The position numbers and the translations under genes were made by a program. From assembly GCA_963848305.1 (NCBI GenBank), contig CAWKDC010000001.1, forward strand, positions 1,152,001 through 1,216,000: DNA of 64,000 nt, written 5' to 3'. Within the stretch, counting starts at the first letter, position 1; each line of letters starts with the position of its first letter. The notes beneath the pieces were generated by a model, which had not been told where the DNA came from, did not search any database, and was given only the letters and a program-made list of their open reading frames with translations. Source of the stretch: an uncultured Gammaproteobacteria bacterium (GTDB lineage: Bacteria; Pseudomonadota; Gammaproteobacteria; JABCZS01). Of the stretch, positions 48,950 to 58,623 are shown piece by piece.

Positions 48950-50506
48950 ATGTTACTACGTAAAAAGGTGAGAGGGGTAACCCTTTTTGAAATGCTGTTG
49001 GTATTGTTGGTGTCAGGAAGCATTGCAGTGGCTACTTTTAAATACCAGCAACAACAAAAAGTCAATGCTGTTGCCAATGTGTTGGCAAATAGGATGTATT
49101 TATTTTCACAAACCGTTCGAGAGTATGTGAGCGATAATCAGGCTGCGATCATGGCAGGCACGTTTGTGCCTACTCCTCCTGTGGTGCAACCCTCTTCTTT
49201 TCAAACCACTGGCAGCGGCGCAAAACAGACCTATGTTTTCACAGGGGTAAGTTGGATTAACAATCAAAGCCTTGTGCGCCCAAGCACTGGACAGCCTTAC
49301 GTGAGTGCTTCAAGCCCTATTTCCTTCAATAATCTTTCGCCTTTAGAATTAGGCAGTATCGATGGAAAGCTGATCGGAGATGAAGCAGTCACTGTCTCGA
49401 TTTCTGGTGCCAACATTGTGATCACCTATGGCATGTTGTATGTGCCTGCTGTGGGAAGCAAGAATCCTGAGCCGCAAGCAGCCGTTGCAGGCAATGCGGC
49501 GAAACGCGCAGAAGGTATTTTTGATCCCTTGCTTGGCGCTTCTTCTTTTTCCTATACAGGCGGTTTGGATCCTCAAGGCGCATTGGTGCCCATTGTAGCG
49601 ACGTTAAGTGAATCACTTGCGCCAGACAATGATATACAGGTGGGCCAACCCCTGAGTGGCAATATTGTTTTTGCAGGTAATAATGCTGCATCAGCGGGAT
49701 CCACAACAGAGGGTACATCGACAGAGACAGGGACAGGGACAGAGACAACAGGGACAACAGGGACGACAGGGACACAAGGAGGCACTGCCACAACAGGTGC
49801 GGCCACAACAACGACACCCGCAACAAGCCAGAATACGGGCAGTATTCAAAATGTGCAGAGTATTCAATTTAACCCCGCAAATAATAACAATGAAATTTCG
49901 GGGTTGGAAAACATGACTTTTGGATATTCAACAGCCAGTGGGCAGGCTGCACAAACCGGTGGACAAACGGGTGCCGCAGGTGGAGCCGTACAGAGTGGCG
50001 GCAGTACGCTTGGGACACCCGGGGAAATTGACAATTTGGGTACACTGAATTTTGCGCCGGAGACACCAGGCACTACGCCGACGGTGATCAACAATATTGA
50101 GACCGTGAATTTTGCCACGGGTGGCAATGTGACCAATCTTCAAACCATGAATATGGCTTCTGGGGGAACCATCGACGGTTTGGCCAGCATCAGCTTCACC
50201 CCTGCCAGTGGAGGGCCAGCGCAAGTATTCAGTGGCATTGCGATTCAGCAACCCTTTTCTTTATTTGCACAGGATGTGGGATCATCCGCATCGGGCGGTC
50301 ATACGCCTGTTTCTTGGCCCGGTGGGGCAGTGGCTAACACGGCGAATTATTTCTGCGGCTTATCAACGGCGCAGTTCATTGATGGCGTTCCTGCTTCAAC
50401 GGCAAAAGGGTGCCAATTGTTAGTGGATAGCAGCGGAAATTATACTGTGAAGATGACAGCGATGAACCAATGTAGCGTCATTTGTTTTAAATTTGCGCCG
50501 CCGTAG
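48950..50506 (+). CDS. PilV-like minor pilin / tip adhesin 2 with Thr/Gly-rich inserts
   Basis: VRG-VTLFEMLL; MYLFSQTVREYV shared with paralogue 1; six beta repeats; 4-Cys C-domain. Confidence 0.75.
   Translation: MLLRKKVRGVTLFEMLLVLLVSGSIAVATFKYQQQQKVNAVANVLANRMYLFSQTVREYVSDNQAAIMAGTFVPTPPVVQPSSFQTTGSGAKQTYVFTGVSWINNQSLVRPSTGQPYVSASSPISFNNLSPLELGSIDGKLIGDEAVTVSISGANIVITYGMLYVPAVGSKNPEPQAAVAGNAAKRAEGIFDPLLGASSFSYTGGLDPQGALVPIVATLSESLAPDNDIQVGQPLSGNIVFAGNNAASAGSTTEGTSTETGTGTETTGTTGTTGTQGGTATTGAATTTTPATSQNTGSIQNVQSIQFNPANNNNEISGLENMTFGYSTASGQAAQTGGQTGAAGGAVQSGGSTLGTPGEIDNLGTLNFAPETPGTTPTVINNIETVNFATGGNVTNLQTMNMASGGTIDGLASISFTPASGGPAQVFSGIAIQQPFSLFAQDVGSSASGGHTPVSWPGGAVANTANYFCGLSTAQFIDGVPASTAKGCQLLVDSSGNYTVKMTAMNQCSVICFKFAPP
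49721..49773 (+). repeat. Coding 6/9-bp microsatellite (ACAGGG/ACAACAGGG) encoding TETGTGTETTGTTGTTGT
   Basis: ACAGAGACAGGGACAGGGACAGAGACAACAGGGACAACAGGGACGACAGGGAC read directly. Confidence 0.85.
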
Positions 50507-50549
50507 TCTATACTGAATCGAATCTGAACAGTCATCCAAGGGGTTTTTT

Positions 50550-51566
50550 ATGTTGCGTTCCTTGAAAAAATATGCCGCTTTTTCACTGTTTGAAATTTTA
50601 TTGGTACTGGTGGTGACAAGCATCATTGCTGTCAGTGCCATGAAATATGCGCAACAAACCAAACAAAATAATGTCGCAGATGTGTTGGCTCAAAGAATGT
50701 ATTTCTTTTCACAAGCGGTGCGCGCATTCCAGAGTGATCATCCGGGCATTGAAGCGGGCACGTTTGTTTGTCCAACGCCTGTTGCGGGTTCTACCTGTCA
50801 AAAAAATGCAGATGGTTCGTATGATTTTACTGGGGTGACGTGGCTCACCTCTTTGGTTGATCCTAATACTCAGTTGCCGATTTATTTAAATGCGGATTTT
50901 ACTTTTGATAATTTGGCGCCACTGGAACTGCGCAGCCTGGATGGGCAACAGGTTGATGATGCGGCGATCGTGGTGAGGATGAGTGGCCCGAATATCACGA
51001 TTGATTATGGTTTGTTGTATGATTTGCAAGATCCCGAGAATGCGCAAATTGAGCATGCGATTTCTGCCAATGCGGCACAGAAAGCGACTACGATGTACGA
51101 TCCCCAAGTCGGTCCCTCTTCATTCACCTATGTGGGTGGATTGAGTGCGACGGATGGTTCAAGCTTGCCGATTGTCGCTAAACTGGGTTCACCTGGCACG
51201 AGCGATGCATTTTTGCGTCTGGACGGCACGAGCCAGATGCGAGGGGATATTAATGTGGGCGGAAAAAATATTCATGGGGTGGATAAGGTAGCGTTCAACC
51301 AGGGTGGGGATTTTAGGGGAATTGGGGGTAAAAAGAAGAGCAGTTTTGAAGCGGATACAACAGAGGTTAATAGACCACTGTCTGATCAATTTGGAGATTC
51401 TTATGACGATGTCAGCACCTGCTACTTGACTGAGGTTCGTATACGTTCTTCAGGTGGATATTGTGAAATTTATACTGAATCCAGTGGTGGGCCTAGAATA
51501 GCAGGAAGATATAGGATGCGAGCCAAAACGAGCATTTGTTCAGCTGAATGTATTCGATTTAGATAA
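50550..51566 (+). CDS. PilV-like minor pilin / tip adhesin 3 (short)
   Basis: YAA-FSLFEILL; shared N-domain; FLRLDGTSQMRGDINVGGKNIHGV stalk motif typical of PilV and phage fibres; 4-Cys C-domain. Confidence 0.78.
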   Translation: MLRSLKKYAAFSLFEILLVLVVTSIIAVSAMKYAQQTKQNNVADVLAQRMYFFSQAVRAFQSDHPGIEAGTFVCPTPVAGSTCQKNADGSYDFTGVTWLTSLVDPNTQLPIYLNADFTFDNLAPLELRSLDGQQVDDAAIVVRMSGPNITIDYGLLYDLQDPENAQIEHAISANAAQKATTMYDPQVGPSSFTYVGGLSATDGSSLPIVAKLGSPGTSDAFLRLDGTSQMRGDINVGGKNIHGVDKVAFNQGGDFRGIGGKKKSSFEADTTEVNRPLSDQFGDSYDDVSTCYLTEVRIRSSGGYCEIYTESSGGPRIAGRYRMRAKTSICSAECIRFR

Positions 51567-52239
51567 TCTTCTCCACCCACAAATCCCACACTTGATGCCC
51601 CAAATTCAACCCGCGTGCTTCAAACGCAGACACCACGCGATTGGGGCGCGGAATAAACCCGCTGCCATCGGGTGATGCATTCACAAAACGCGGATCAGCA
51701 TTGAACACAGCAAGCATGTGCATGGCATAATCTTCCCAATCGGTTGCACAATGAATAAACGCGCCGGGTTTCAATAATGGATAAACAGTGTTTAAAAATT
51801 CAGGTTGAATCAAACGTCGTTTATGGTGGCGAATTTTCGGCCAAGGGTCGGGAAAGAAAATTTGAATGCCTGATAAAGATTGCGACGGCAAGCGTTTCAA
51901 TACATCCATCACATCTTGATGACATACACGCACATTTTTCAAACTTGCTTCATGCAGATGATTTAAAAACTGCCCAATACCGGGACGGTGCACTTCGACA
52001 CCGATAAACCCTTGATGCGGATGTTGTGACGCTTGCGCGAATAACGATTCACCCTTTCCAATCCCGATTTCTAAAATAATGTCGTCGAACGGCAACAAGG
52101 TTTTCAAATCAATGTTGTCATCACCGCGCGGGATTTCATACAAGGGCAGTAAGTTTTCCAGCGCGCGTGCCTGCGCATCCGTCAAACGGGTTTCACGTTT
52201 GACGAAACTGCGGATGCGACGGGGAAAGGGTACGGTCAT
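51559..52239 (-). CDS. trmB: tRNA (guanine-N7)-methyltransferase
   Basis: IRSFVKR, LEIGIGKG, GVEVHRPG, FFPDPWPKIRHHKRR, ATDWEDYA. Confidence 0.96.
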   Translation of the reverse strand: MTVPFPRRIRSFVKRETRLTDAQARALENLLPLYEIPRGDDNIDLKTLLPFDDIILEIGIGKGESLFAQASQHPHQGFIGVEVHRPGIGQFLNHLHEASLKNVRVCHQDVMDVLKRLPSQSLSGIQIFFPDPWPKIRHHKRRLIQPEFLNTVYPLLKPGAFIHCATDWEDYAMHMLAVFNADPRFVNASPDGSGFIPRPNRVVSAFEARGLNLGHQVWDLWVEKII

Positions 52240-53706
52240 TTTTTCTGCATTAACTCTTTCATGCGATCAAATAATTCGAGTGATTTTTGATTGGGATGGC
52301 TGAAACGGCAACCCCACGTTGCGCCAATCAACCCCATGATAAAGCCCGGCAATAGTTCGTATAGTGTGAAAATGCCGCCGACTGTGTGACCCAATATCGC
52401 CCATACCATGGCGGTGCCAGCGCCCATCAGCATGCCATATAAGGCTCCGGTGCGTGACATGTTGCGGTAAAAAAGTGAAACAAGCACAACAGGGCCGAAG
52501 GTTGCGCCTAACCCGCCCCAGGCGTGAGAGACTAACACGAAGACGCTGGGATTGGGATGATCTGCCATTAAAAAGGCGACACTCGCGATCAACAACACAG
52601 ACAAGCGTCCCATCCACACCAATTCTTTTTGCGATGCTGCGGGGCGGAAAGCATGTTTGTAAAAATCATTCACCAAGGCAGAGCCTGCTGCCATCATGAC
52701 CGCAGCCACTGTGCTGATGATCGCCGAAATAATTGCGGCCATGATGATCGCTGACGCCCAGGGGTTCAATAACAATTTGACGAGCGCAGGCAACACGGCT
52801 TCCGATGTAGGCAGCGTGCCTATCGAGAAATAAGCGATGCCGACAAAACCACTTAGCACGGCAGAGCCCAGCGCAATGACCATCCACGTCGTGCAAATGC
52901 GGCGGCCATACGTGATCGTTTCTTCATTCCGCGCAGACATGAATCGCACCAAAATATGGGGCTGACCAAAATAACCCAATCCCCACGCAATCGATGTGAA
53001 GAAAGAAATATCCAAAGCGACATTCCACAGTGAAGTTTTCTCAGGCGCAACGGCAATGATATGCGCATACAAGTTGCTCCATCCGCCTTCAAATCCCCAT
53101 ATGGCCGCGACAGGCACCATGACCAGCGCGACCAGCATCAACGTGCCTTGAAATAAATCGACCCAGTTCACCGCAAAATAACCCCCCACCACGCAATAGG
53201 CGATAATGATGGGCACTCACCCACAGCGCTTGATGGTAATCCATGTCCGCAGCGGTGACGAGCAGTTTTGCCGCGCCGACAAAACCTGAAGCGGCATACA
53301 CGGTGAAGAAGATCAGGAAGCAGAAGGCGGCGATATAACGCAAATATCCCGCACGAATGGCAAAACGATTTTCCAGATAGGCTGGTAACGTCAATGAATT
53401 GGACGCCACTTCTGTGTACATGCGCAAGCGGGGGGCAACGAATAACCAGTTGAGGTAACTGCCCACCAATAAACTGATGGGCAACCATGCTTCTCCAAGC
53501 CCTGTGACGTAGACAATCGCCGGCAGGCTTTGCATCAACCACGCGCTCATGTCGGAGGCGGCAACCCCCATCGCGGTGATGGTCGCATTGAAGCTGCGGC
53601 TGCCCAAGATATAATCAGCATGGGTGTGCGTGCGGCGGTAGGCGAGCAAGGTGATGCATAATATGCAAAGTGAGTAGACTGAGAAAGTTGTAATCAAGAC
53701 ATTCAT
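52236..53706 (-). CDS. putP: Sodium/proline symporter, split by a frameshift near 53212
   Basis: N-part DYILGSR, ASDMSAW, LRMYTE, TLPAYLENRF; C-part DLFQGTLM, WGLGYFGQPHILVRFM, AWGGLGATFGP, YELLPGF. Confidence 0.88.
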
Positions 53707-53791
53707 TTAATACACTCCAAGGCCGTCCAGTTTAACCTAATTGTGCTACGATTGACAAGAAGGTCTTTCACAGCTAATCAAAGGAACATAT

Positions 53792-55361
53792 ATGAAAAGC
53801 TTACTCGGTATCCTCATCAAATCCGTCCTTGCCCTTGTGGTTTTCTTCGGCATCGCTCTGCTCGCTCTGAGTTTTTTTGCGAATCCCGAGCGCCTCAAGC
53901 CCTACGCAATCCAATACGTACAAGATAAATTTCAGCGTACATTGTCTGTCGGTGATATTTCATGGCGTGTTTTTCCCAAATTGGGCTTATCGTTGGATAA
54001 TGTGACATTGAGCGACACGCCGGCTTTTGGGAACGCTAATTTTGCGGCGATGAAATCGGTGAGCGTGTTTGTGGACACCTTGAGTTTGTTGGCGGGTCAC
54101 GTGAACGTGAAAACGGTTGAATTCGTCGATGTGAAAGCGAATTTAAAAACCACTGCAGCGGGTGTCAACAGTTGGGATGATTTGGCGACATCCCCCACCA
54201 GTGATACCAAAGCGGATTCTGCTGAAAAGGCACAAGCCAGTGGCGGAAAGGGATTGTCCATCAGCGATTTGAGTTTCAACATTGAAAAAATTGAGATTCA
54301 AAATGGTGAATTTAATTATGTTGATGATCGCGCCAAATCGACGTATAAAATAACAGAATTGAACTTTCAAGGCGAAAACATCAGCACGGATAAAGCATTC
54401 CCTGTGTCGATGAGCTTTGGATTATCGAGCTCTTCACCAGCGGTGACTGGCAAAATCAGCGCTAAAGCATCTTTAAAGGTTCCCATGAAAAATGGTGCTG
54501 TGGATAAGAGTGGCGTTACCTTAGAGGGTACCGTTGATATCCCTTCTATCAACCTGCAAGGGATTAAAATTTCTTCTTTGAAAGCGCCTGTTAAAGTGGC
54601 GAATCGGGTGCTGAAGTTGAATGGCATGACGGCGTCATTTTACGGCGGTAGCTTGGGCGGGAATGCGACGATTGATTCGAGCAGCGTGCCTACCAAAGTA
54701 TCCGTGGATTACAATTTGAAAGGCGTGCAAATGGGCCCCATGTTGAAGGACACCGGCAGCAAGGATACCATTACGGGCACGTTGACGATGAAGGGCAATG
54801 TGTCGTTTAACACATCAGCGGATAAAAAACAAACCATGAGAACGTTGGATGGTCAAGGCCAAATGGAAGTCAAAAATGGCGTATTGAAGGGTGTGGGCAC
54901 TTGCTTATTTTTACGCGATGGGATCAAATTTGATCAATCCTAAAAATTTGATTGCATCGCGCCCCAACAATGGACAAACTGATTTTACCACCAGTACGGC
55001 GCATTTTACTTTTAACAAGGGCGTGTTGAGTAATTCCGACTTTGTGATTTACAACACCGGCATATATGGTTCCGGCGCAGGTACAATCAATTTGGTGAGT
55101 GATCAGATAAGCTATCGTTTTCGTATTCAAGGCGCAAAGCAAGGCGCCAACGGTATTGAACCTGTGGGCACTGCAATCCCCTTGCAAATTTCAGGTACGA
55201 CCAGTAATCCTACCATCGGTTTAGATATCCCCGCCTCTTTGCTGGAGGGCGTAAAGCAAGGCGTATTGCAGGGGTTGAATCCTGCGCCTCAGAAGGGTCA
55301 ACAAGGTGTGGGCGGCGTGGCTGGGCAGATCCTGAATGTGTTTGGAGGCGGGAGCAGGTGA
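53792..55361 (+). CDS. AsmA family protein, split by a frameshift near 54895
   Basis: N-terminal TM, GDISWRVFPKLGL, SFYGG, LDGQG..KNGVLKGV; second ORF T.F....AHF...G...N.D, G.GTINL, PLQISG..NP; upstream of mutY as usual. Confidence 0.82.
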
Positions 55362-55388
55362 TTAACCTCAAGACATATTGCTCAAAGC

Positions 55389-55436
55389 AAGCCCGGGGGC
55401 TTTAATTTATATGTGTAAATGATAAACCCGGGGTTT
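55389..55436. promoter_or_regulatory. Paired palindromes AAGCCC-GG-GGGCTT and AAACCC-G-GGGTTT upstream of an ATPase remnant
   Basis: 55389-55402 and 55424-55436, centres ~34 bp apart. Confidence 0.5.
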
Positions 55437-55440
55437 GAAA

Positions 55441-55626
55441 ATGACAGATAAGAAAGGAAGTACTTATGAATCAATACAATACATGCTAAAGCACTTCCCC
55501 TGTGTGGCTGTTATTGGTGCTAGACAGGTTGGAGAATCAACATTACTAGGTTTTGTGATTAATAATGCTGAAAAAAAAGTTTTTCTTAGGGAGAACATCA
55601 TTCAGCTGCCTGCGAATTTCATTTAA
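55441..55626 (+). pseudogene. Internally deleted AAA_14/DUF4143-type ATPase remnant
   Basis: N-terminal FPCVAVIGARQVGESTLL (degenerate Walker A) fused directly to a family-like C-terminus GFVINNAE..ENIIQLP. Confidence 0.65.
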
Positions 55627-55761
55627 TATTTTAAGGTTAATTTTTGTTTGAATGCTATCGCATTTTTTCACACAATGGTGAAGGATTGGAATGGTCTGCA
55701 TCATGTGTTATTATGCTCATATGTATACATGTTTTTTTGAAGAGTTATCGTAGGCGTTGAA

Positions 55762-56883
55762 ATGTCTAAATCAACCATAAACCCCTCTTCCTTCTCCTCC
55801 GCCGTTTTAAAATGGTACAAACGTTTCGGGCGTAAAGATTTGCCGTGGCAACAAGATCCCACACCGTATCGCGTGTGGGTATCTGAAATCATGCTGCAGC
55901 AAACGCAGGTCTCGACCGTGATCGATTATTACGCGCGTTTCATGGCACGTTTTCCAGATGTGCAGGCGCTTGCTGCAGCACCGCTCGATGCTGTGTTAAA
56001 TCTCTGGGCAGGGTTGGGATATTATGCCCGTGGTCGCAACTTGCATAAAGCGGCACAGATGATTGTCACATCCGGGGGTGAATTTCCGAGCACATTAGAA
56101 GGGTTGATGGCGTTGCCTGGTGTGGGCGCATCCACTGCTGGCGCGATTTTGTCTTTATCTTTTCAACAACGCGCTGTGATTTTAGACGGCAATGTGAAGC
56201 GCGTACTTGCGCGTGTGCTCGCCCTCCCTGATTGGCCCGGTGAACCTGCGGCATTGGCCAGGTTATGGGAAACCGCGCAGCAATGCACGCCGATAAAAAA
56301 TGTTCGCGCATACAATCAAGCCATGATGGATTTGGGCGCGATGATTTGCACGCGCACAAAACCGCGATGCGATGCATGCCCGCTCACCTTACATTGTTTG
56401 GCTTATGCACAAGGGTTGCAATCGCGTTTGCCTGTGGGGAAAAAGCGTCGCGCGTTGCCAGAGCGTCATGCGAAAATGATGTGTATCGTACGGCAGGATG
56501 GCGCGTTATTATTGGAGCAGCGGCCGAGCCCAGGCATTTGGGGTGGTTTGTGGTGTTTCCCATTATATGATGAAACTTGTCTGAGCGCATTGCCTCTGGC
56601 GCGGCGTGAATATGGTGGCGTATCTTCTCATACATTCACGCATTATCGTTGGCATGTCGAAGTGGAGTGGTTTTTTTTGGCAGAAGAACCTCTTTCCCTG
56701 CCGGCAAATCATCTCTGGTATACTCACGACAGCGAGCCAGTAGGTTTGGCCGCAATAGTCACCAAACTTGCTCAAGGATACTCAGATGGAAGGAACAGTG
56801 TTTTGCCAAAAATACCAACAAGAATTGCCGGCTCTGGAACGCCCACCCTATCCTGGCCCCCTGGGTCAGCGGATTTTGAATAA
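55762..56883 (+). CDS. mutY: A/G-specific adenine glycosylase
   Basis: [53 protein letters not shown], Fe-S Cys motif, GIWGGLW. Confidence 0.96.
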   Translation: MSKSTINPSSFSSAVLKWYKRFGRKDLPWQQDPTPYRVWVSEIMLQQTQVSTVIDYYARFMARFPDVQALAAAPLDAVLNLWAGLGYYARGRNLHKAAQMIVTSGGEFPSTLEGLMALPGVGASTAGAILSLSFQQRAVILDGNVKRVLARVLALPDWPGEPAALARLWETAQQCTPIKNVRAYNQAMMDLGAMICTRTKPRCDACPLTLHCLAYAQGLQSRLPVGKKRRALPERHAKMMCIVRQDGALLLEQRPSPGIWGGLWCFPLYDETCLSALPLARREYGGVSSHTFTHYRWHVEVEWFFLAEEPLSLPANHLWYTHDSEPVGLAAIVTKLAQGYSDGRNSVLPKIPTRIAGSGTPTLSWPPGSADFE

Positions 56884-57064
56884 TATTTCAGCGAAAGCGT
56901 GGCAAGATTGGATTGCACATCAAACCATGTTGATCAATGAGAATCGGTTAAGCTTATTGGATCCACAGGCGCGCGTGTTTCTTGAAAGAGAAATGGAAAA
57001 ATTTTTATTTGGAGAAGGTAGCGAGAAACCTGCGGGTTATAAACCCCTTGACGCTCAGGATTAA
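56786..57064 (+). CDS. yggX: Fe(II)-trafficking / oxidative damage protection protein
   Basis: [40 protein letters not shown]; mutY-yggX synteny. Confidence 0.95.
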   Translation: MEGTVFCQKYQQELPALERPPYPGPLGQRILNNISAKAWQDWIAHQTMLINENRLSLLDPQARVFLEREMEKFLFGEGSEKPAGYKPLDAQD

Positions 57065-57076
57065 ATGCGGTTTAAT
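57048..57076 (+). promoter_or_regulatory. Sigma70 promoter of tRNA-Phe
   Basis: TTGACG 57048-57053, 17-bp spacer, TTTAAT 57071-57076, followed by a GC-rich discriminator. Confidence 0.6.
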
Positions 57077-57085
57077 ACCCGCTCT

Positions 57086-57161
<76 letters not shown>

Positions 57162-57183
57162 GTTTTCTCACACACGCCCCCTT

Positions 57184-57208
57184 GTAGGGGCGCAGCATGC
57201 TGCGTCCT
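57184..57208 (+). repeat. GTAG-type REP palindrome
   Basis: GTAG-GGGCGCAGCA-TGCTGCGTCC-T; partial relatives at 9400, 11593 (reverse), 17378 and 59375. Confidence 0.65.
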
Positions 57209-57248
57209 TGATAAGGCCCGCGGCCTTATCAATGTTTGGAGCCCCGGA

Positions 57249-58595
57249 ATGCAAACCTCCCGTATTGCCCAATGGTCATCTCGCTGGTTATTTATCTTGG
57301 CCGCGACGGGTTCGGCCGTAGGCTTGGGGAATGTCTGGCGATTTCCTTATATCACAGGTCAAAATGGCGGTGGTGCATTTGTCTTGATGTACATTGGCTT
57401 AGTCCTCTTGATTGGCATGCCCGTGCTGATGGCAGAAATCATGATTGGTCGTCGTGGTGCACAAAATCCCGTGCAAAGTGTTGCCAATGTGGCCGTGGAA
57501 TCAGGCTTGTCATCGCGTTGGGGCTGGTTGGGTTTTGCGGGTATTCTCACTTCTTTTTTCTTATTATCTATTTATAGCGTCGTTGCCGGTTGGAGTGCAG
57601 CGTATGTCATCCGCACATTTTCGGGCAGTTTTCATGGGTTAAGTCCGCTGGAAGTTGCTGCTTCTTACGATGCATTCATTGCCAGTCCTGGGGCGCTCGT
57701 GTTTTGGCACACGGTCTTCATTGTGGCGACGGGTGCGGTCGTCGCGCGAGGTTTGCGTGAAGGGCTCGAGAAAGCGATTGAAATCTTGGTGCCTGGTCTC
57801 TTTATTATTCTGCTCATTTTGATCGGTTATGCGATCACCACGCCCGGCTTTAAAGAAGGGATTTCATTTCTGTTGATGCCAAATTTTGAGGCGATCACGG
57901 CGAAAAGTTTTTTAACGGCATTGGGTCAAGCATTTTTCACACTCAGTATCGCGACAGCCAGCATGTTAATTTATGGCGCTTATTTGCCGAAAGACGCATC
58001 GATTTTCAAAGCGTCACTGTGCATTGCCGGCCTTGATACATTGGCTGCCTTGTTGGCGGGCATCGCGATTTTCCCGATTGTGTTCAGTTATGGTTTAACA
58101 CCGACTGAAGGGCCTGGCCTGGTATTCAAAACATTGCCGATTGCGTTTGGTGAAATGCCTTATGGCACTTTTTTTGGGGGATTGTTTTTCACGTTATTAG
58201 TGTTCGCTGCACTGACATCGGCAATATCAATGGTAGAGCCTATGGTGGCATGGATCACACAACGTTTTAATATCAAGCGTGTGTGGGCGACAGTGTGGGC
58301 GGCAGGTTCTGCTTGGTTTGTTGGATTGGGTGCGGCGTTATCATTCAATGTGTGGGCAGATTACCGATTGTTTGGCCGTTTCAATTATTATGATTTGCTC
58401 GATATTCTTGTCACCATGATATTATTACCTGCAGGTGGGTTAATGTTGGCAGTGTTCGGCGGTTGGTTTGTTTCTCGCCGCATCTCATTTGAAGAGTTGG
58501 CCATGCCAGTGTGGGTTTACAATATTTGGCGTTTTTCTGTGCGTTATTTTGCGCCGATTGCTGTCGCTGTCATGGTTTGGATGATGGTGGCGTAA
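57249..58595 (+). CDS. Sodium-dependent transporter (NSS/SNF family)
   Basis: WSSRWLFILAATGSAVGLGNVWRFPY..NGGGAF, ALGQAFFTLS, GPGLVF, AALTSAISMVE; start at 57249. Confidence 0.93.
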   Translation: MQTSRIAQWSSRWLFILAATGSAVGLGNVWRFPYITGQNGGGAFVLMYIGLVLLIGMPVLMAEIMIGRRGAQNPVQSVANVAVESGLSSRWGWLGFAGILTSFFLLSIYSVVAGWSAAYVIRTFSGSFHGLSPLEVAASYDAFIASPGALVFWHTVFIVATGAVVARGLREGLEKAIEILVPGLFIILLILIGYAITTPGFKEGISFLLMPNFEAITAKSFLTALGQAFFTLSIATASMLIYGAYLPKDASIFKASLCIAGLDTLAALLAGIAIFPIVFSYGLTPTEGPGLVFKTLPIAFGEMPYGTFFGGLFFTLLVFAALTSAISMVEPMVAWITQRFNIKRVWATVWAAGSAWFVGLGAALSFNVWADYRLFGRFNYYDLLDILVTMILLPAGGLMLAVFGGWFVSRRISFEELAMPVWVYNIWRFSVRYFAPIAVAVMVWMMVA

Positions 58596-58623
58596 TTTTA
58601 AAAAGGTTCACAAGGAGGTTTTT

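Noticed and set aside
47417-51566. Shufflon or diversity-generating retroelement acting on the pilV genes
   Set aside because: All three genes are full length and co-oriented; no inverted C-terminal cassettes, sfx-like repeats, recombinase, reverse transcriptase or near-identical template repeat were seen.
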